A stretch of 64,000 nt of DNA from an uncultured Fibrobacteria bacterium (GCA_963716395.1 OY970309.1:1600001-1664000), one strand, 5' to 3'. Shown: positions 38,277-48,348, counted from the first letter of the stretch. Numbers and translations are program-made. Notes: generated by a model not told the origin, from the letters alone.

Positions 38277-39223
38277 GGGGCCGTGCCGACGGAGGGCGCG
38301 TCGGGCGTCACGGCGGCGATGGGCGACGCCGCGGGCGCGAAACGCTGGTTGATCATTTCGCCCAGAAGGCCGATGGACACGAATTGTACGCCCACGATCA
38401 CGAAGGCCACGCCCGCCAGCATCAACGGACGCACATGCAATTGACCCGTCACCGCCCAACTTACGGCAAAGGCCAGCAGCACGGCGAAACCGGCGGCGGA
38501 GAACAACAGGCCCACGAAGCCGAAGAGATGCAGCGGCCGGCGCGTATAGCGGTGCAGAAATACCAAGGTGAGCAAATCGAACAGGCCGCGGGCCCGCCCC
38601 CAGCCGTATTTGGAGCGGCCGAAGCGCCGCGGACGGTGATCGACGGCCTGCTCTTCGACTTTGAAGCCGTTCCAATGCGCCAGCACCGGAATATAGCGGT
38701 GCAATTCGCCGTATAAATCCAGACTTTTCACCACCTCGGCGCGGTAGGCCTTGAGTCCGCAATTGAAATCGTGCAGACGCAGGCCCGCCACGGCGCCGGT
38801 CAGGGCGTTGAACAGCTTCGAGGGCCAGGTTTTATGCCAGGGATCGCGGCGCACGCGTTTCCAGCCCGACACCAAATCGGCGCCGTTTTCGAGGCGCTGC
38901 AAGAGGGCGGGAATTTCGGCCGGGTTATCCTGCAAGTCGGCGTCCAAGGTGATGACGTAGCGGCCGCGGGCGCGCCGGAAACCCTCGGCCAGGGCCGCGG
39001 CCTTGCCGCAATTGCTGCGGAAGCGCAAACCTTGGAAGCGGGGGTCACGCGCGTGAACCTGTTCGATGCGCGCGAAGGTGCCGTCGGTGCTGCCGTCATC
39101 GATGATCCAGGCTTCGAAGGCCAGGCCCGCCCCGTCGCATACCGAACGGATTTCGTCGCACAGAAGGGGTACGTTTTCCGCTTCGTTGAAGGCGGGAATG
39201 ACGAGGGAAAGCGTCGGAGTCAT
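38273..39223 (-). CDS. GT2 polyprenyl-phosphate glycosyltransferase (ArnC/GtrB-like) with two C-terminal TM helices
   Basis: IDDGSTDGT, LDADLQDNP, LHDFNCGLKAYR, YGELHRYIP and SIGLLGEMI. Confidence 0.9.
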   Translation of the reverse strand: MTPTLSLVIPAFNEAENVPLLCDEIRSVCDGAGLAFEAWIIDDGSTDGTFARIEQVHARDPRFQGLRFRSNCGKAAALAEGFRRARGRYVITLDADLQDNPAEIPALLQRLENGADLVSGWKRVRRDPWHKTWPSKLFNALTGAVAGLRLHDFNCGLKAYRAEVVKSLDLYGELHRYIPVLAHWNGFKVEEQAVDHRPRRFGRSKYGWGRARGLFDLLTLVFLHRYTRRPLHLFGFVGLLFSAAGFAVLLAFAVSWAVTGQLHVRPLMLAGVAFVIVGVQFVSIGLLGEMINQRFAPAASPIAAVTPDAPSVGTAP

Positions 39224-39290
39224 GGGGCGGTTCGCAACGCGGGTATCAAAGTTCAAAATTCACCTTTTGGAGTTGTAGACGCAACCCGCT

Positions 39291-40325
39291 TCATTTTGGA
39301 ATTCGGCGTTCGACGGGCGCATGCTTTTTTCTTCCCATCACAAAGTAGAATCCCCCTCCCAGCATCACCGCCATGCCGATCACCGAGGGCAGAAAGGCCA
39401 GGGCCGCCGCGGCTGCAGGCCGGTCGAAGCCCGCATGTGCACGCGCCAGCACGCCGGGCATGCCGTAGAGGTAGGCGCCCAGGCTTTGCGGCAAGCCCCA
39501 GCCACCCACGTTGACGGGCAGAATCGCCGCCAGGGCGATCAGCGGGATAAAGGAGAAAAACAGGGAAGGGGCGATGGAAATGCGCAGGGCGCCGGCGCTG
39601 AGCGCATGCACGGCGATGCGCAGCACCTGCACCAGGCAGGCCACGAAGAACACCGCGGCCATGTTTTTCCACCGCCCGCGATAGGCGGCCAGCGAAGCCT
39701 GCATTTTGGCATAGGCCGCATCGATGCGCCGGAGGCCCAGGGCGCGGATGCCGGTGTGCAGCGCGGCGGCCGCATGCCGGCTGAGCAGCACGGCGAGCAA
39801 ACAGCCGAAGCATACCGATACCGCGCCGACGATGGCCAGCAAATGGTGCAAGAGCGTTAGGGGCAATTCCCGGCGGTGGAATTCGACAACCAGCGAGAGC
39901 AGGGAAAAGAACGCCAGGGCCGCAAAACCCAAAACGCGATCGAGCACCGTGGCCGCGGCGGCCTTGCCGACGCCCGCCGTGCGTTCGCTGTGGTGCACGT
40001 CCCAGACGCGCAGCGCGTCGCCGCCCACGGTTCCGGGCATGAAATTGTTCAAAAACATGCCCGCGTAATACGAGCGGAAGCAGGCGGCGAAACCCAGGTC
40101 GATGCCCTGCAGGCGCAGCAGCAAATGCCATTGATACGCGCCGCCGAGGATGGAAAGGAAAAAAACCACCGCCGCCGCCAAGGCCCAGCCCGGTTGGGCC
40201 GCCAACAGGGCCGTCCCGATGCGCAACCCGCCGTTGCCGCGCACCACCCACACCAGCATGCCGATGGTGAGCAGCAGGCGCAGCCAAAAGGCCGGGGAAC
40301 GCAGGGTTCTAAGCACGCCGCGCAT
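39291..40325 (-). CDS. Lysylphosphatidylglycerol synthase TM-domain (UPF0104) flippase-like protein
   Basis: Polytopic; GMFLNNFMPGTVGGDALR, VLDRVLG and LPVNVGGWG. Confidence 0.88.
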   Translation of the reverse strand: MRGVLRTLRSPAFWLRLLLTIGMLVWVVRGNGGLRIGTALLAAQPGWALAAAVVFFLSILGGAYQWHLLLRLQGIDLGFAACFRSYYAGMFLNNFMPGTVGGDALRVWDVHHSERTAGVGKAAAATVLDRVLGFAALAFFSLLSLVVEFHRRELPLTLLHHLLAIVGAVSVCFGCLLAVLLSRHAAAALHTGIRALGLRRIDAAYAKMQASLAAYRGRWKNMAAVFFVACLVQVLRIAVHALSAGALRISIAPSLFFSFIPLIALAAILPVNVGGWGLPQSLGAYLYGMPGVLARAHAGFDRPAAAAALAFLPSVIGMAVMLGGGFYFVMGRKKHAPVERRIPK

Positions 40326-41487
40326 TCCACTCCCCATAGGCGGCGAGCAGCGCCGCGCGCGTTTCCCGATAGGCCGGTTCCCAGGTATGCGCCGCGGCCC
40401 AGGTCCGGCCATGGTCGGAGAGGCGTTGCCACACGCCGGGGTCGCCCAGCACTTGTTCCAGCCGCTGGGCGAAGGCCGCCGCATCGCCGAAGGGAACCAG
40501 AAATCCGGTTTCACCGTGGCGCACGCTGTCGCACAAGCCGGGCACGTCCGTGGCAACCACCGGGGCGCCGCAGGCATTGGCTTCGATGGAGGTGAGGCCC
40601 CACCCTTCCTTGAGCGACGAATTCACCACCACGGCGGCCCGGTGGTACAGTTCGATTTTGCGCGCTTCGGAGACGAATCCCAGAAAATCCACCGCCGCCT
40701 CCTGGCCCAGGTCGCGCGCCAGTTTCCGTAACCTCGGCGTATCGTCTCCCGTGCCGGCGATGGCGAGCCGTGTGGCCGGGCGCTTTTCGCGCAGCGCGCG
40801 CAGGGCGCGCAACAGCACGTCCAGCCCTTTGTAACGTTTGACGCGCCCCACGTATAGAACCAGGTTCGGTTCGCGCGCGGGCGGCGCCGCCAGACGGTAA
40901 CGTTCCGGATCCACCCCTTCGGCCGCGATGGAAACCGGATGGAAACCCTTGGCCGCCAATTCGCGGCGGCTACTCTCCGATCCCGTCAGCACGCGCACGC
41001 CGCGGTAGGCCCGGGGCATGAGGGCCTCGCAGGTGAGCACGTACAGCGCCGCCGGCCAGGCGGTTTCGCGGAACAGGGTGCGGCCGAAGAGATGGTGCAA
41101 TTGCAGCACCACCGGGCGATTGCAGCACCAGGGTGCGAAGAAGGCGATCTTGTTGGAATCGTCGAGCACGGCGTCGATGCGCAGATCGCGGCACCAGCGG
41201 CGCAGGCCGAACCAGACGGTGAAGTTGAAAAGCAACCCGTTCCCGCGTCGCAGCACGCGCACGCCGTCGATTACCTCTTCGGCCGGGGCGCCCGCGAAGG
41301 CATGCGAAACCTGAAAACAGGCAAAGCCCTCGGCGGCCAGGCGCCGGGCCACTTCGTGCAAATGCACTTCGGCGCCTCCCGCGGCGGGGTTGCGGGGATC
41401 GCGCCAGTTCACCAGCAAAAGGCGCAGCGGCCGGAACGGCGGTTCGCCGGAAAGACGGGCCGCCGCCGTACGCGCTTCGGAATTCAC
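40309..41487 (-). CDS. GT4 family glycosyltransferase
   Basis: NWRDPRNPAAGGAEVH, YVGRVKRYKG and EGWGLTSIEANACG (EX7E). Confidence 0.93.
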   Translation of the reverse strand: MNSEARTAAARLSGEPPFRPLRLLLVNWRDPRNPAAGGAEVHLHEVARRLAAEGFACFQVSHAFAGAPAEEVIDGVRVLRRGNGLLFNFTVWFGLRRWCRDLRIDAVLDDSNKIAFFAPWCCNRPVVLQLHHLFGRTLFRETAWPAALYVLTCEALMPRAYRGVRVLTGSESSRRELAAKGFHPVSIAAEGVDPERYRLAAPPAREPNLVLYVGRVKRYKGLDVLLRALRALREKRPATRLAIAGTGDDTPRLRKLARDLGQEAAVDFLGFVSEARKIELYHRAAVVVNSSLKEGWGLTSIEANACGAPVVATDVPGLCDSVRHGETGFLVPFGDAAAFAQRLEQVLGDPGVWQRLSDHGRTWAAAHTWEPAYRETRAALLAAYGEWNARRA

Positions 41488-44327
41488 AATTTGGAAGGTT
41501 TGCCGGTGTCGTGTGCGGTGCTACCGGGGACTCCCAAACCGCCGCGCTGCGCGGCCTGGATTTGGGCATCCAGTTGCTCGACCTGCTGGGCCACCATGCT
41601 GGCATATTTGTGGCTTGGGTTCTGGGCCAGCCATTCCGAGAGGATCCGACGTGTATTTAAGAGGTCGCCCCGTTTTTCATACATCTCGGCCAAAGTGTAC
41701 ACCGGTTCGAAATCGCTGGGGTCCTGGCTATGAAGGTCGATAAGCAGCGATTCGGCGCGAGCCTCCTGACCGGTTTGCTGATAGAGCTGCGCCAGGTTCA
41801 TCATGAACACATTGCCTTCGGGGCCGGCGGCCTTGATGCCTTTGCGAAAGGCCGTTTCGGCCTTCTGGGTTTCTCCCATTTCCGCATAGAGTTGGCCCGC
41901 GTAGTAGTAGACGCGCCATTCGCTGGGTAAAAGCCGTGCGTTGAGGTCGAGGTACTTCTGCGCAAAGGCGAGTTTGGCTTCTTTGTCGCTGTCGAGCGCG
42001 GCCAAAACCGACTTGATCGAATCGGACGGCGAGGAGATTTTGCGCAGTTCGACTTCCCGGCTCTGGATGTCCTCCAGCTTCTGCTGCGCCCATTGCACCA
42101 GACGGAAGTTGGTGGCCGAGTAATTCGTCAGCAACCCTTGGGTGTTGAGATCGACGTACACGTTCGGATCGCCCAATCCGCGGTAGCGGTACACCGAATC
42201 CACCAGGCGGGTGGTGGCGGCGACATCGATTGCCTGGTTCTTCGGCTCTTCGACCAGGGTGTACACCATGCCCTCCATGACCGTGTACTTCTCCAAGCCC
42301 ATTTCGTTTTCGTCGCCCACCGTGACCGCGAACTCCATGTTCCACTGCGGATAGTTGTTCTGCACGATGTTGAGCACCATGATGTCCTGCACCCGGATAT
42401 AGCTGCGGCGTTGCAGCGTCACATGGATCTGGGAGTTGGGAATCCGGATTTCCACCGGTCCCTTGAAACTCCACGGTTGGGGCTCGAGCTTTTCGATTTC
42501 ATCGTCGGTGAACCCGATTTTGAGCGCGGGCTGGTGGCTGCGCAATTGTTTGATGTACCAGTCGGTGTTGACCAGCGACAGGTTGACCACGCGCACGTCG
42601 CGGCGGATGCGTTCGCCTTCCTGCATGAACCACAGGGGAAAGGTGTCGTTGTCGCCGTTGGTGAACAGCACCGAATGCGGCCGGCAGGACATGAGCAGGT
42701 TGTAGGCGTAATCCCAGGGCGTGTAGTTGCCGGTGCGGTTGTGCTCATGCCAATTCGACCAGGCCGGCACCGCCAGGGCCAGAGCGGCCAGGGCAAGGCC
42801 CGTCGGCCGGACCCAGCGCTTGCGCCGGGGATCTTCCCCCATCGCCTGCAGCAGCAGGGCCGCCGAGACGCCGAAGAGAATGCCCATGAACATGAATCCG
42901 GGCGTGAAGAAATAATCGCGGTCGCGCACTTCGATGTGCACTGGCGCCGGCTTCTGGTTGGGATCGAAACCCGTCGACTTCCAGTACTCGTAGTCGGCGC
43001 TTTCGAGTTGGGTGCCGTCGGCGAAATTCATGTAGAAGATCATGCCGTAGCTGGTGATGCCGTACAGCACCAAGAGGTAAATACCCAACTCTCGGTGGCG
43101 CTTGTACAAGAGATAGCCGCCGTAAAGAAAGGGCAGTTGCATCAGCACGAACAGCAGGAATTCGATGCCGGGATGGGTGCGCAGGCCGAGGTAGAGGGTG
43201 GGAAACTCGATGCGCTTTCCGAAAATATGGCGTACTACGGGTTCGCTTTCATCCGCCCGGCTTTCCCCGGTTTTCCAGGGCAGGTATTGGGCCAGCATGT
43301 AGCCGCCGTAGCCGATATGCGGGTAGACGAGCAACTGGTTTTGCACGTGCGCGCGGCGGTGCAGGGCGCGTTTCAGCATCGATTCCGATCCGTATTGCTT
43401 GCGTTCCAGGTAATCCTTAAAGTTGGACAGGGTCTGCCCGTTGTAGGCGCCCGCATACACGCCGCCCTCGTCGATGTCGGGATTGGTGGAGGAGCGGATG
43501 GGAACATACAGGTAAACCGAGAATCCAATCAAGGCCACAAAGCACACCCAGGCCGAAAGCGACCAGCGATGTTTCCAAACCGGCGTCTTCGACAGCAGGC
43601 CTCCGCCGAGGCAGACGAGCAGCGCCGCACCCATATACACCACGAAATTGCCGATGTCATACAGCATGGACAGCAGCATCAAGCCCGAGAAAATGAGGGG
43701 GATGTTGGTCCGGTTTTCCTTGTCGGAGATGATCAAGAACAGGCCGACCACGGGCACGGTGATGAAGGCGAAATGACTCACGCCCATGCCCAGACTGCTG
43801 ATATACGCGATGAGGATGAGGGTGCGGTCGGCGTGCGGCGTGCCGCGGTGCTCGTACCATTCCAACACCAACCACGAGGTGATCATCACCACCAGCATCG
43901 AGAGGGTGTACATCTCGGCTTCCACCGCGCTGAACCAGAAGGTGTCGCAGAAGGTGACCAGAAAGGCGGCGATGATCCCGCCGGTGTACTTCGCAAACGA
44001 CGAAATGGATTCGCGGAATACGATGCGCAGCACCCGCACCGTGAACAAAAACACCATCCAGATGGTCAGCGCGCCCGCCAGCACGGCCAGAAAATTCATG
44101 CGCACGGCCAGTTCCTTCATCGGCATCACCATCAGGAATAGGCGTCCCAGCAGCATGAACAAAGGGTTGCCGGGCGGATGAGGGTTGCCGAGGATGCTGG
44201 CCGAGGCCAGGAATTCGCCGCAATCCCAGAACGACACCGTGGGCGCCATGGTCTTGAAGTAGGTGAAAAGGGCCACGGCGAATACCGAGAAACCCAGGAG
44301 ATTCCGCAATTTCTTGTCTTGGGTCAT
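41484..44327 (-). CDS. DUF2723 / TMEM260-family polytopic membrane protein with C-terminal TPRs (predicted GT-C)
   Basis: PTVSFWDCGEF, HPPGNPLF, FWFSAVEAEMY, RDRDYFF and FTNGDNDTFPLW. Confidence 0.9.
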   Translation of the reverse strand: MTQDKKLRNLLGFSVFAVALFTYFKTMAPTVSFWDCGEFLASASILGNPHPPGNPLFMLLGRLFLMVMPMKELAVRMNFLAVLAGALTIWMVFLFTVRVLRIVFRESISSFAKYTGGIIAAFLVTFCDTFWFSAVEAEMYTLSMLVVMITSWLVLEWYEHRGTPHADRTLILIAYISSLGMGVSHFAFITVPVVGLFLIISDKENRTNIPLIFSGLMLLSMLYDIGNFVVYMGAALLVCLGGGLLSKTPVWKHRWSLSAWVCFVALIGFSVYLYVPIRSSTNPDIDEGGVYAGAYNGQTLSNFKDYLERKQYGSESMLKRALHRRAHVQNQLLVYPHIGYGGYMLAQYLPWKTGESRADESEPVVRHIFGKRIEFPTLYLGLRTHPGIEFLLFVLMQLPFLYGGYLLYKRHRELGIYLLVLYGITSYGMIFYMNFADGTQLESADYEYWKSTGFDPNQKPAPVHIEVRDRDYFFTPGFMFMGILFGVSAALLLQAMGEDPRRKRWVRPTGLALAALALAVPAWSNWHEHNRTGNYTPWDYAYNLLMSCRPHSVLFTNGDNDTFPLWFMQEGERIRRDVRVVNLSLVNTDWYIKQLRSHQPALKIGFTDDEIEKLEPQPWSFKGPVEIRIPNSQIHVTLQRRSYIRVQDIMVLNIVQNNYPQWNMEFAVTVGDENEMGLEKYTVMEGMVYTLVEEPKNQAIDVAATTRLVDSVYRYRGLGDPNVYVDLNTQGLLTNYSATNFRLVQWAQQKLEDIQSREVELRKISSPSDSIKSVLAALDSDKEAKLAFAQKYLDLNARLLPSEWRVYYYAGQLYAEMGETQKAETAFRKGIKAAGPEGNVFMMNLAQLYQQTGQEARAESLLIDLHSQDPSDFEPVYTLAEMYEKRGDLLNTRRILSEWLAQNPSHKYASMVAQQVEQLDAQIQAAQRGGLGVPGSTAHDTGKPSKL

Positions 44328-44337
44328 GAAGCGATCC

Positions 44338-44772
44338 TTAGGTGGGAGCAGGGGTTCCGTCGGCCGCGGAAAGCTGGCGTGCCACCGCGTCGAGCACGCC
44401 GTTTACGAAACGGCTGCTGTTTTCGGTGGAAAATTTTTTGGCGATTTCCACGGCCTCATTGATGCATACCTTAAAGGGCACGTCGGGCACCTGCAACAGT
44501 TCGGCGATGGCCGTGCGCAGAATGATGCGGTCGATGACGGCGAAGCGGCCCACATCCCAGTGGGCGGAAACCTCGGACAGGCGGCGATCGATTTCCGGAC
44601 CGTGAGCCGAAACCGCGCGCGCCAGTTTGAGGCCGTAAGCCTGGGCTTCAGGCGGCACGGGCGGATCTTCGGGGGCCAAGGTGGTCGCAGCCTGTTCCAG
44701 GGTGGTTCCGCCCACTTCGGCGGCGTACAGGATTTGCAGGGCGAATTCGCGTCCCCGGCGGCGGGAAATCAT
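44338..44772 (-). CDS. nusB: Transcription antitermination factor NusB
   Basis: SRRRGREFALQILY, IDRIILR, INEAVEIAKKF and FVNGVLD. Confidence 0.96.
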   Translation of the reverse strand: MISRRRGREFALQILYAAEVGGTTLEQAATTLAPEDPPVPPEAQAYGLKLARAVSAHGPEIDRRLSEVSAHWDVGRFAVIDRIILRTAIAELLQVPDVPFKVCINEAVEIAKKFSTENSSRFVNGVLDAVARQLSAADGTPAPT

Positions 44773-45231
44773 CTAGAACTGATCCCACAGGGTGGCCATC
44801 TCCACCGCGGCCAACGCGGCGTCGAAGCCCTTGTTGCCCGCCTTCGCGCCGGCGCGTTCCAGCGCCTGGTCCAGGGTCTCGACGGTGAGCACCCCGAAGG
44901 CTACGGGGATGGCGCCGTCGGCGACTTCGGCCACGCCCCGGGTCAGAAGCTGCACGACCTGGTCGTAATGCGGCGTATCGCCGCGAATCACGCAGCCAAG
45001 CGCGATCAACGCCTGGTGTCGCTTGGCGACCGCGAGGCGCTTGAGCGCCTGCGGAATCTCCGCCGCGCCCGGCACCCAGATCACGGTGAGGTCCTTCTCC
45101 TGGGCGCCGTGCCGCAGCAGGCAATCGGTGGCGCCATGCAGCAATTGCTGCGTGATCAGGGCGTTGAAGCGCGACACCACGAGGGCGAAGCTTTTTCCCT
45201 GGGCCTGGAGTTGGCCGGTGATCACGTTCAT
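44773..45231 (-). CDS. ribH: 6,7-dimethyl-8-ribityllumazine synthase
   Basis: VVSRFN, WVPGAAEIP, GCVIRGDTPHYD, FGVLT and GNKG. Confidence 0.95.
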   Translation of the reverse strand: MNVITGQLQAQGKSFALVVSRFNALITQQLLHGATDCLLRHGAQEKDLTVIWVPGAAEIPQALKRLAVAKRHQALIALGCVIRGDTPHYDQVVQLLTRGVAEVADGAIPVAFGVLTVETLDQALERAGAKAGNKGFDAALAAVEMATLWDQF

Positions 45232-46394
45232 GATCTTTCCTTTCGCCGGAGTTTGCGCGGCGGTGCCCGGCCCGGAAAGGGGGTTTGGCGTGCGATATGC
45301 AGGCCGTACCCTTCCAGACCTTGGATGCGTTTGGGGTGGTTGGTCAAAAGATTCAGCCGCCGGATGCCCAGGTCGTAGAGGATTTGCGCCCCGATGCCGT
45401 AGGTGCGAGCATCCATGCCCGCGCTGTGATGAGAGCGCATGCGTGGACTGCGGCCGCGCACGTCTTCCGCGGCATAGCCTTCGAGTTTGCGGCCGAAGTC
45501 TTCCTCGGGGCTGACCTGGCGCATATAGAGGAACACCCCGCCGTCGCGGCCAATGGCGTGCAGGCCCTGCAGCAGCAACTCGCCGCAGTCGCAGCGCCGC
45601 GACCCGAACACGTCTCCGAACAGGCATTCGGAATGCACGCGCACCGGAACGGCGTGCCCGGGCGTGAACGGTTCTTTCACCAAAGCCAGGTGCTTGCGGC
45701 CGTGGATCAAATCTTCATACACGTGCGCGCGGAACTCCCCCTGGGGCGTGGGCATGTGAAACAGGCCTATCGGGCGCACCAGCTTTTCGCGCACCCGCCG
45801 GTATTGAATCAACTCTTCCACCGAAAGGATTTTGAGGCCGTGCTTTTTCGCGAAGCGCTGGCAATCGGGCAGGCGCGCCATCGAGCCGTCTTCATTCATG
45901 ATTTCGCAGATCACGCCCGCGCCGCCGAGCCCCGCCAGGTGCACGAGATCGACGGCGGCTTCGGTGTGGCCGGCGCGCACCAGCACCCCGCCTTGCAGGG
46001 CTTTGATGGGGAAGATGTGGCCGGGGCTCACGAAGGCCTCAGGCCCGAGCGCGGGATTGGCCAAGGCGCGTGCCGTCAGGCTGCGGTCGGCCGCGGAAAT
46101 GCCGGTGGTGGTGCCGTCGCGCGCTTCCACCGAAACCGTGAACGCCGTGTCATGGCGCGAGCCGTTTTTTTCGGCCATGGGCGGCAGGCGCAGTTGCTCT
46201 ACGCGCCGCGCCGACAGGGCTACGCAAATGAGGCCGCGCGCGTGTTTGGCCAGAAAATTGATTTTCGCCGGCGTGGATTTGGACGCGGCGAAAATCACGT
46301 CGCCTTCGTTTTCGCGATTGGCGTCGTCGACCACGACGACCGCGCGTCCGTGGCGCAAATCGGCCAGCACCTCGGCCACGCTATGAAACGCCAT
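45228..46394 (-). CDS. ribB: DHBP synthase fused to a degenerate GTP cyclohydrolase II domain (RibBA/RibBX-like)
   Basis: DDANRENEGD, TAFTVSV, TTGISAADR, PGHIFP and GHTEA; the C-domain keeps RVHSEC...RCDC but lacks QEGRGIGL. Confidence 0.9.
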   Translation of the reverse strand: MAFHSVAEVLADLRHGRAVVVVDDANRENEGDVIFAASKSTPAKINFLAKHARGLICVALSARRVEQLRLPPMAEKNGSRHDTAFTVSVEARDGTTTGISAADRSLTARALANPALGPEAFVSPGHIFPIKALQGGVLVRAGHTEAAVDLVHLAGLGGAGVICEIMNEDGSMARLPDCQRFAKKHGLKILSVEELIQYRRVREKLVRPIGLFHMPTPQGEFRAHVYEDLIHGRKHLALVKEPFTPGHAVPVRVHSECLFGDVFGSRRCDCGELLLQGLHAIGRDGGVFLYMRQVSPEEDFGRKLEGYAAEDVRGRSPRMRSHHSAGMDARTYGIGAQILYDLGIRRLNLLTNHPKRIQGLEGYGLHIARQTPFPGRAPPRKLRRKERS

Positions 46395-47046
46395 ATCCCC
46401 ATTTTTCCAGAGCCAACCATTGGGAGGCGCCGGCATCGCCGGCCGGGTCCGCGCCGCGCCGCGACATTTGTCTTTCCACGTATTTGGCGAGAATGTCGAC
46501 TTCGAAGTTGAGGCGCTGGCCCTTGCGCAGGTTCCCGAGATTGGTGAGTTGCAAGGTGTGCGGAATCACCGCAAAGCGCAACGCGTTCCCTTCGACCGCG
46601 GCGATGGTAAGGCTCACTCCCGACAAAGCCAGCGAGCCTTTATACGGGCAATATTGCAGAAAGGATTCCGGGAGCGCGACCGCGAATTCCAGCCCCGCGC
46701 GCGGCAAAGATTTGACGGCGACCACTTCGCAGACGCCGTCGGCATGGCCGAGCACGAAATGCCCGCCCAAGGCGGTTTGTGGAGTTGCCGCCGGTTCCAG
46801 ATTGACCGTGTCGCCGCTTTTCCACCCGGACAAGGTCGACTTCGAGAGGGTTTCGGGCACGGCGCAAACCGAGAATCCTCCCGGCAATACCCGTTCCACG
46901 GTCAGACACACGCCGTCGCAGGCCACGCTGTCGCCGACTTGAAGTTTTTCCGCGAGACGGGGGGAGGCCAGGGTAAAGCGTATCGCCTCGCCGGCCGCAA
47001 CCCGACCGCGCACCGTCCCCAGATCTTGCACGATGCCAGTGAACAT
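46381..47046 (-). CDS. ribE: Riboflavin synthase (alpha type)
   Basis: MFTGIV N-terminus, GDSVACDGVCLT, GGHFVLGH and NFEVDILAKY. Confidence 0.95.
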   Translation of the reverse strand: MFTGIVQDLGTVRGRVAAGEAIRFTLASPRLAEKLQVGDSVACDGVCLTVERVLPGGFSVCAVPETLSKSTLSGWKSGDTVNLEPAATPQTALGGHFVLGHADGVCEVVAVKSLPRAGLEFAVALPESFLQYCPYKGSLALSGVSLTIAAVEGNALRFAVIPHTLQLTNLGNLRKGQRLNFEVDILAKYVERQMSRRGADPAGDAGASQWLALEKWGYGVS

Positions 47047-47083
47047 CGCTGAGCTTCTTTCCCCGAACTTTTCGGCAACCCGA

Positions 47084-48160
47084 TTACCTGCGCGGCGTTT
47101 TCCTCTGAAACTCCGTCAGCGTATCCTCTCCGAGCGTCGTAAATCTATGAAAAACAAGGGATTTCGCCCATGACGGACGTAGAGTATCCTCCCAACGCTC
47201 GCCACGGGGCAGAAGCTTGGGCGCGGTAAACAAAAACAGGCGATCGCAGTATCCCGAATTCAAAAGCGGTGCCCAAACCGAGCGGCCGCCTTCGACCAGC
47301 ACCTGGTGATACCCTTTCTCTTCGAACAGATCCAGCAAGGATCGCAGCAATTCGGATTCGTCGCCGGTGGAAACCCGGCAGGAGTCGACCCATTCCGGCA
47401 GGCCCCGAATGGCCCGAGGGGTCAGCAAAGTGGTTTTGGCCGCCCGGCGTCGCAACAAGAACCAGCGCGGATTCAGTCTGTTCCCGCGTGTCAGGATCAG
47501 GGCTTCGGGCACGTGTCCGGAAACGAGCCGTGGCGTCAAACGCGGATTGTCGCGGCGCAAGGTGCCGCCGCCGATGAGCACGGCGTCCGCCGCGGCGCGC
47601 AGAGCATGGGCGCGCTTCCGGCTCTCCCGTCCGGTCAGAACGGTTTCCACGCCGGGGTTCTGGTTGATGCGTCCGTTCAGGCTTTGCGCGATCTTCATCG
47701 TGATTTGCGGGCGGCCATGCCGGAGGAAAAAAAAGAAGCCCGTATAAAATTCTTGGGCGCGTTCCTGAAGCAAGCCCGCCGCGGCGTCGATACCGGCGCG
47801 GCGCAATTCGGCCAAGCCTTTTCCCGACATGAGCGGATTGGGATCGTTGCAAGCGGCCACCACGCGGCTTACACCGGCCGCGATCAGGGCGCGCGTGCAC
47901 GGGGGCGTCTTGCCGAAATGCCGGCAAGGCTCCAGGGTCACATACAGCGTCGCGCCGCGGGCATTTTCCCGCGCCTGTTCCAAGGCGACGATCTCGGCAT
48001 GGGCCTGTCCGGCGGGCCGGGTGGCGCCTTGGCCGACGAGGCGACCGTGTTTCATCAGCACCGCGCCCACGGGTGGATTGGGCAGGGTGCGGCCTTTGAC
48101 TTGAAGGGCTAGCTCGAAGGCCATTTCCATGCAGGCCTGATCACGCGCTTTTTCCGGCAT
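47084..48160 (-). CDS. ribD: Bifunctional diaminohydroxyphosphoribosylaminopyrimidine deaminase/reductase
   Basis: PNPPVGAV, HAE, TLEPCRHFGKTPPC, DNPRLT and VEGG. Confidence 0.95.
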   Translation of the reverse strand: MPEKARDQACMEMAFELALQVKGRTLPNPPVGAVLMKHGRLVGQGATRPAGQAHAEIVALEQARENARGATLYVTLEPCRHFGKTPPCTRALIAAGVSRVVAACNDPNPLMSGKGLAELRRAGIDAAAGLLQERAQEFYTGFFFFLRHGRPQITMKIAQSLNGRINQNPGVETVLTGRESRKRAHALRAAADAVLIGGGTLRRDNPRLTPRLVSGHVPEALILTRGNRLNPRWFLLRRRAAKTTLLTPRAIRGLPEWVDSCRVSTGDESELLRSLLDLFEEKGYHQVLVEGGRSVWAPLLNSGYCDRLFLFTAPKLLPRGERWEDTLRPSWAKSLVFHRFTTLGEDTLTEFQRKTPRR

Positions 48161-48348
48161 GGGGCAAAGGGTAAAAATGCGCCGGGTTGGTAGCCCGTGC
48201 TTTTATCCGCGCAGGCGGAATTGTTACATCCGACCCGGCGTCCTAAAACCGGAAATCCAAAACCTTCTGGAAGGGGCAACCCCCAGATCATCCGTGGTTT
48301 TCTTGCGGGGTATGGCCTGCGGGCTGTAGATTATGCCGAGGAGGGGGA

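Noticed and set aside
48161-48348. FMN riboswitch upstream of ribD
   Set aside because: No match to the conserved RFN core on the minus strand.
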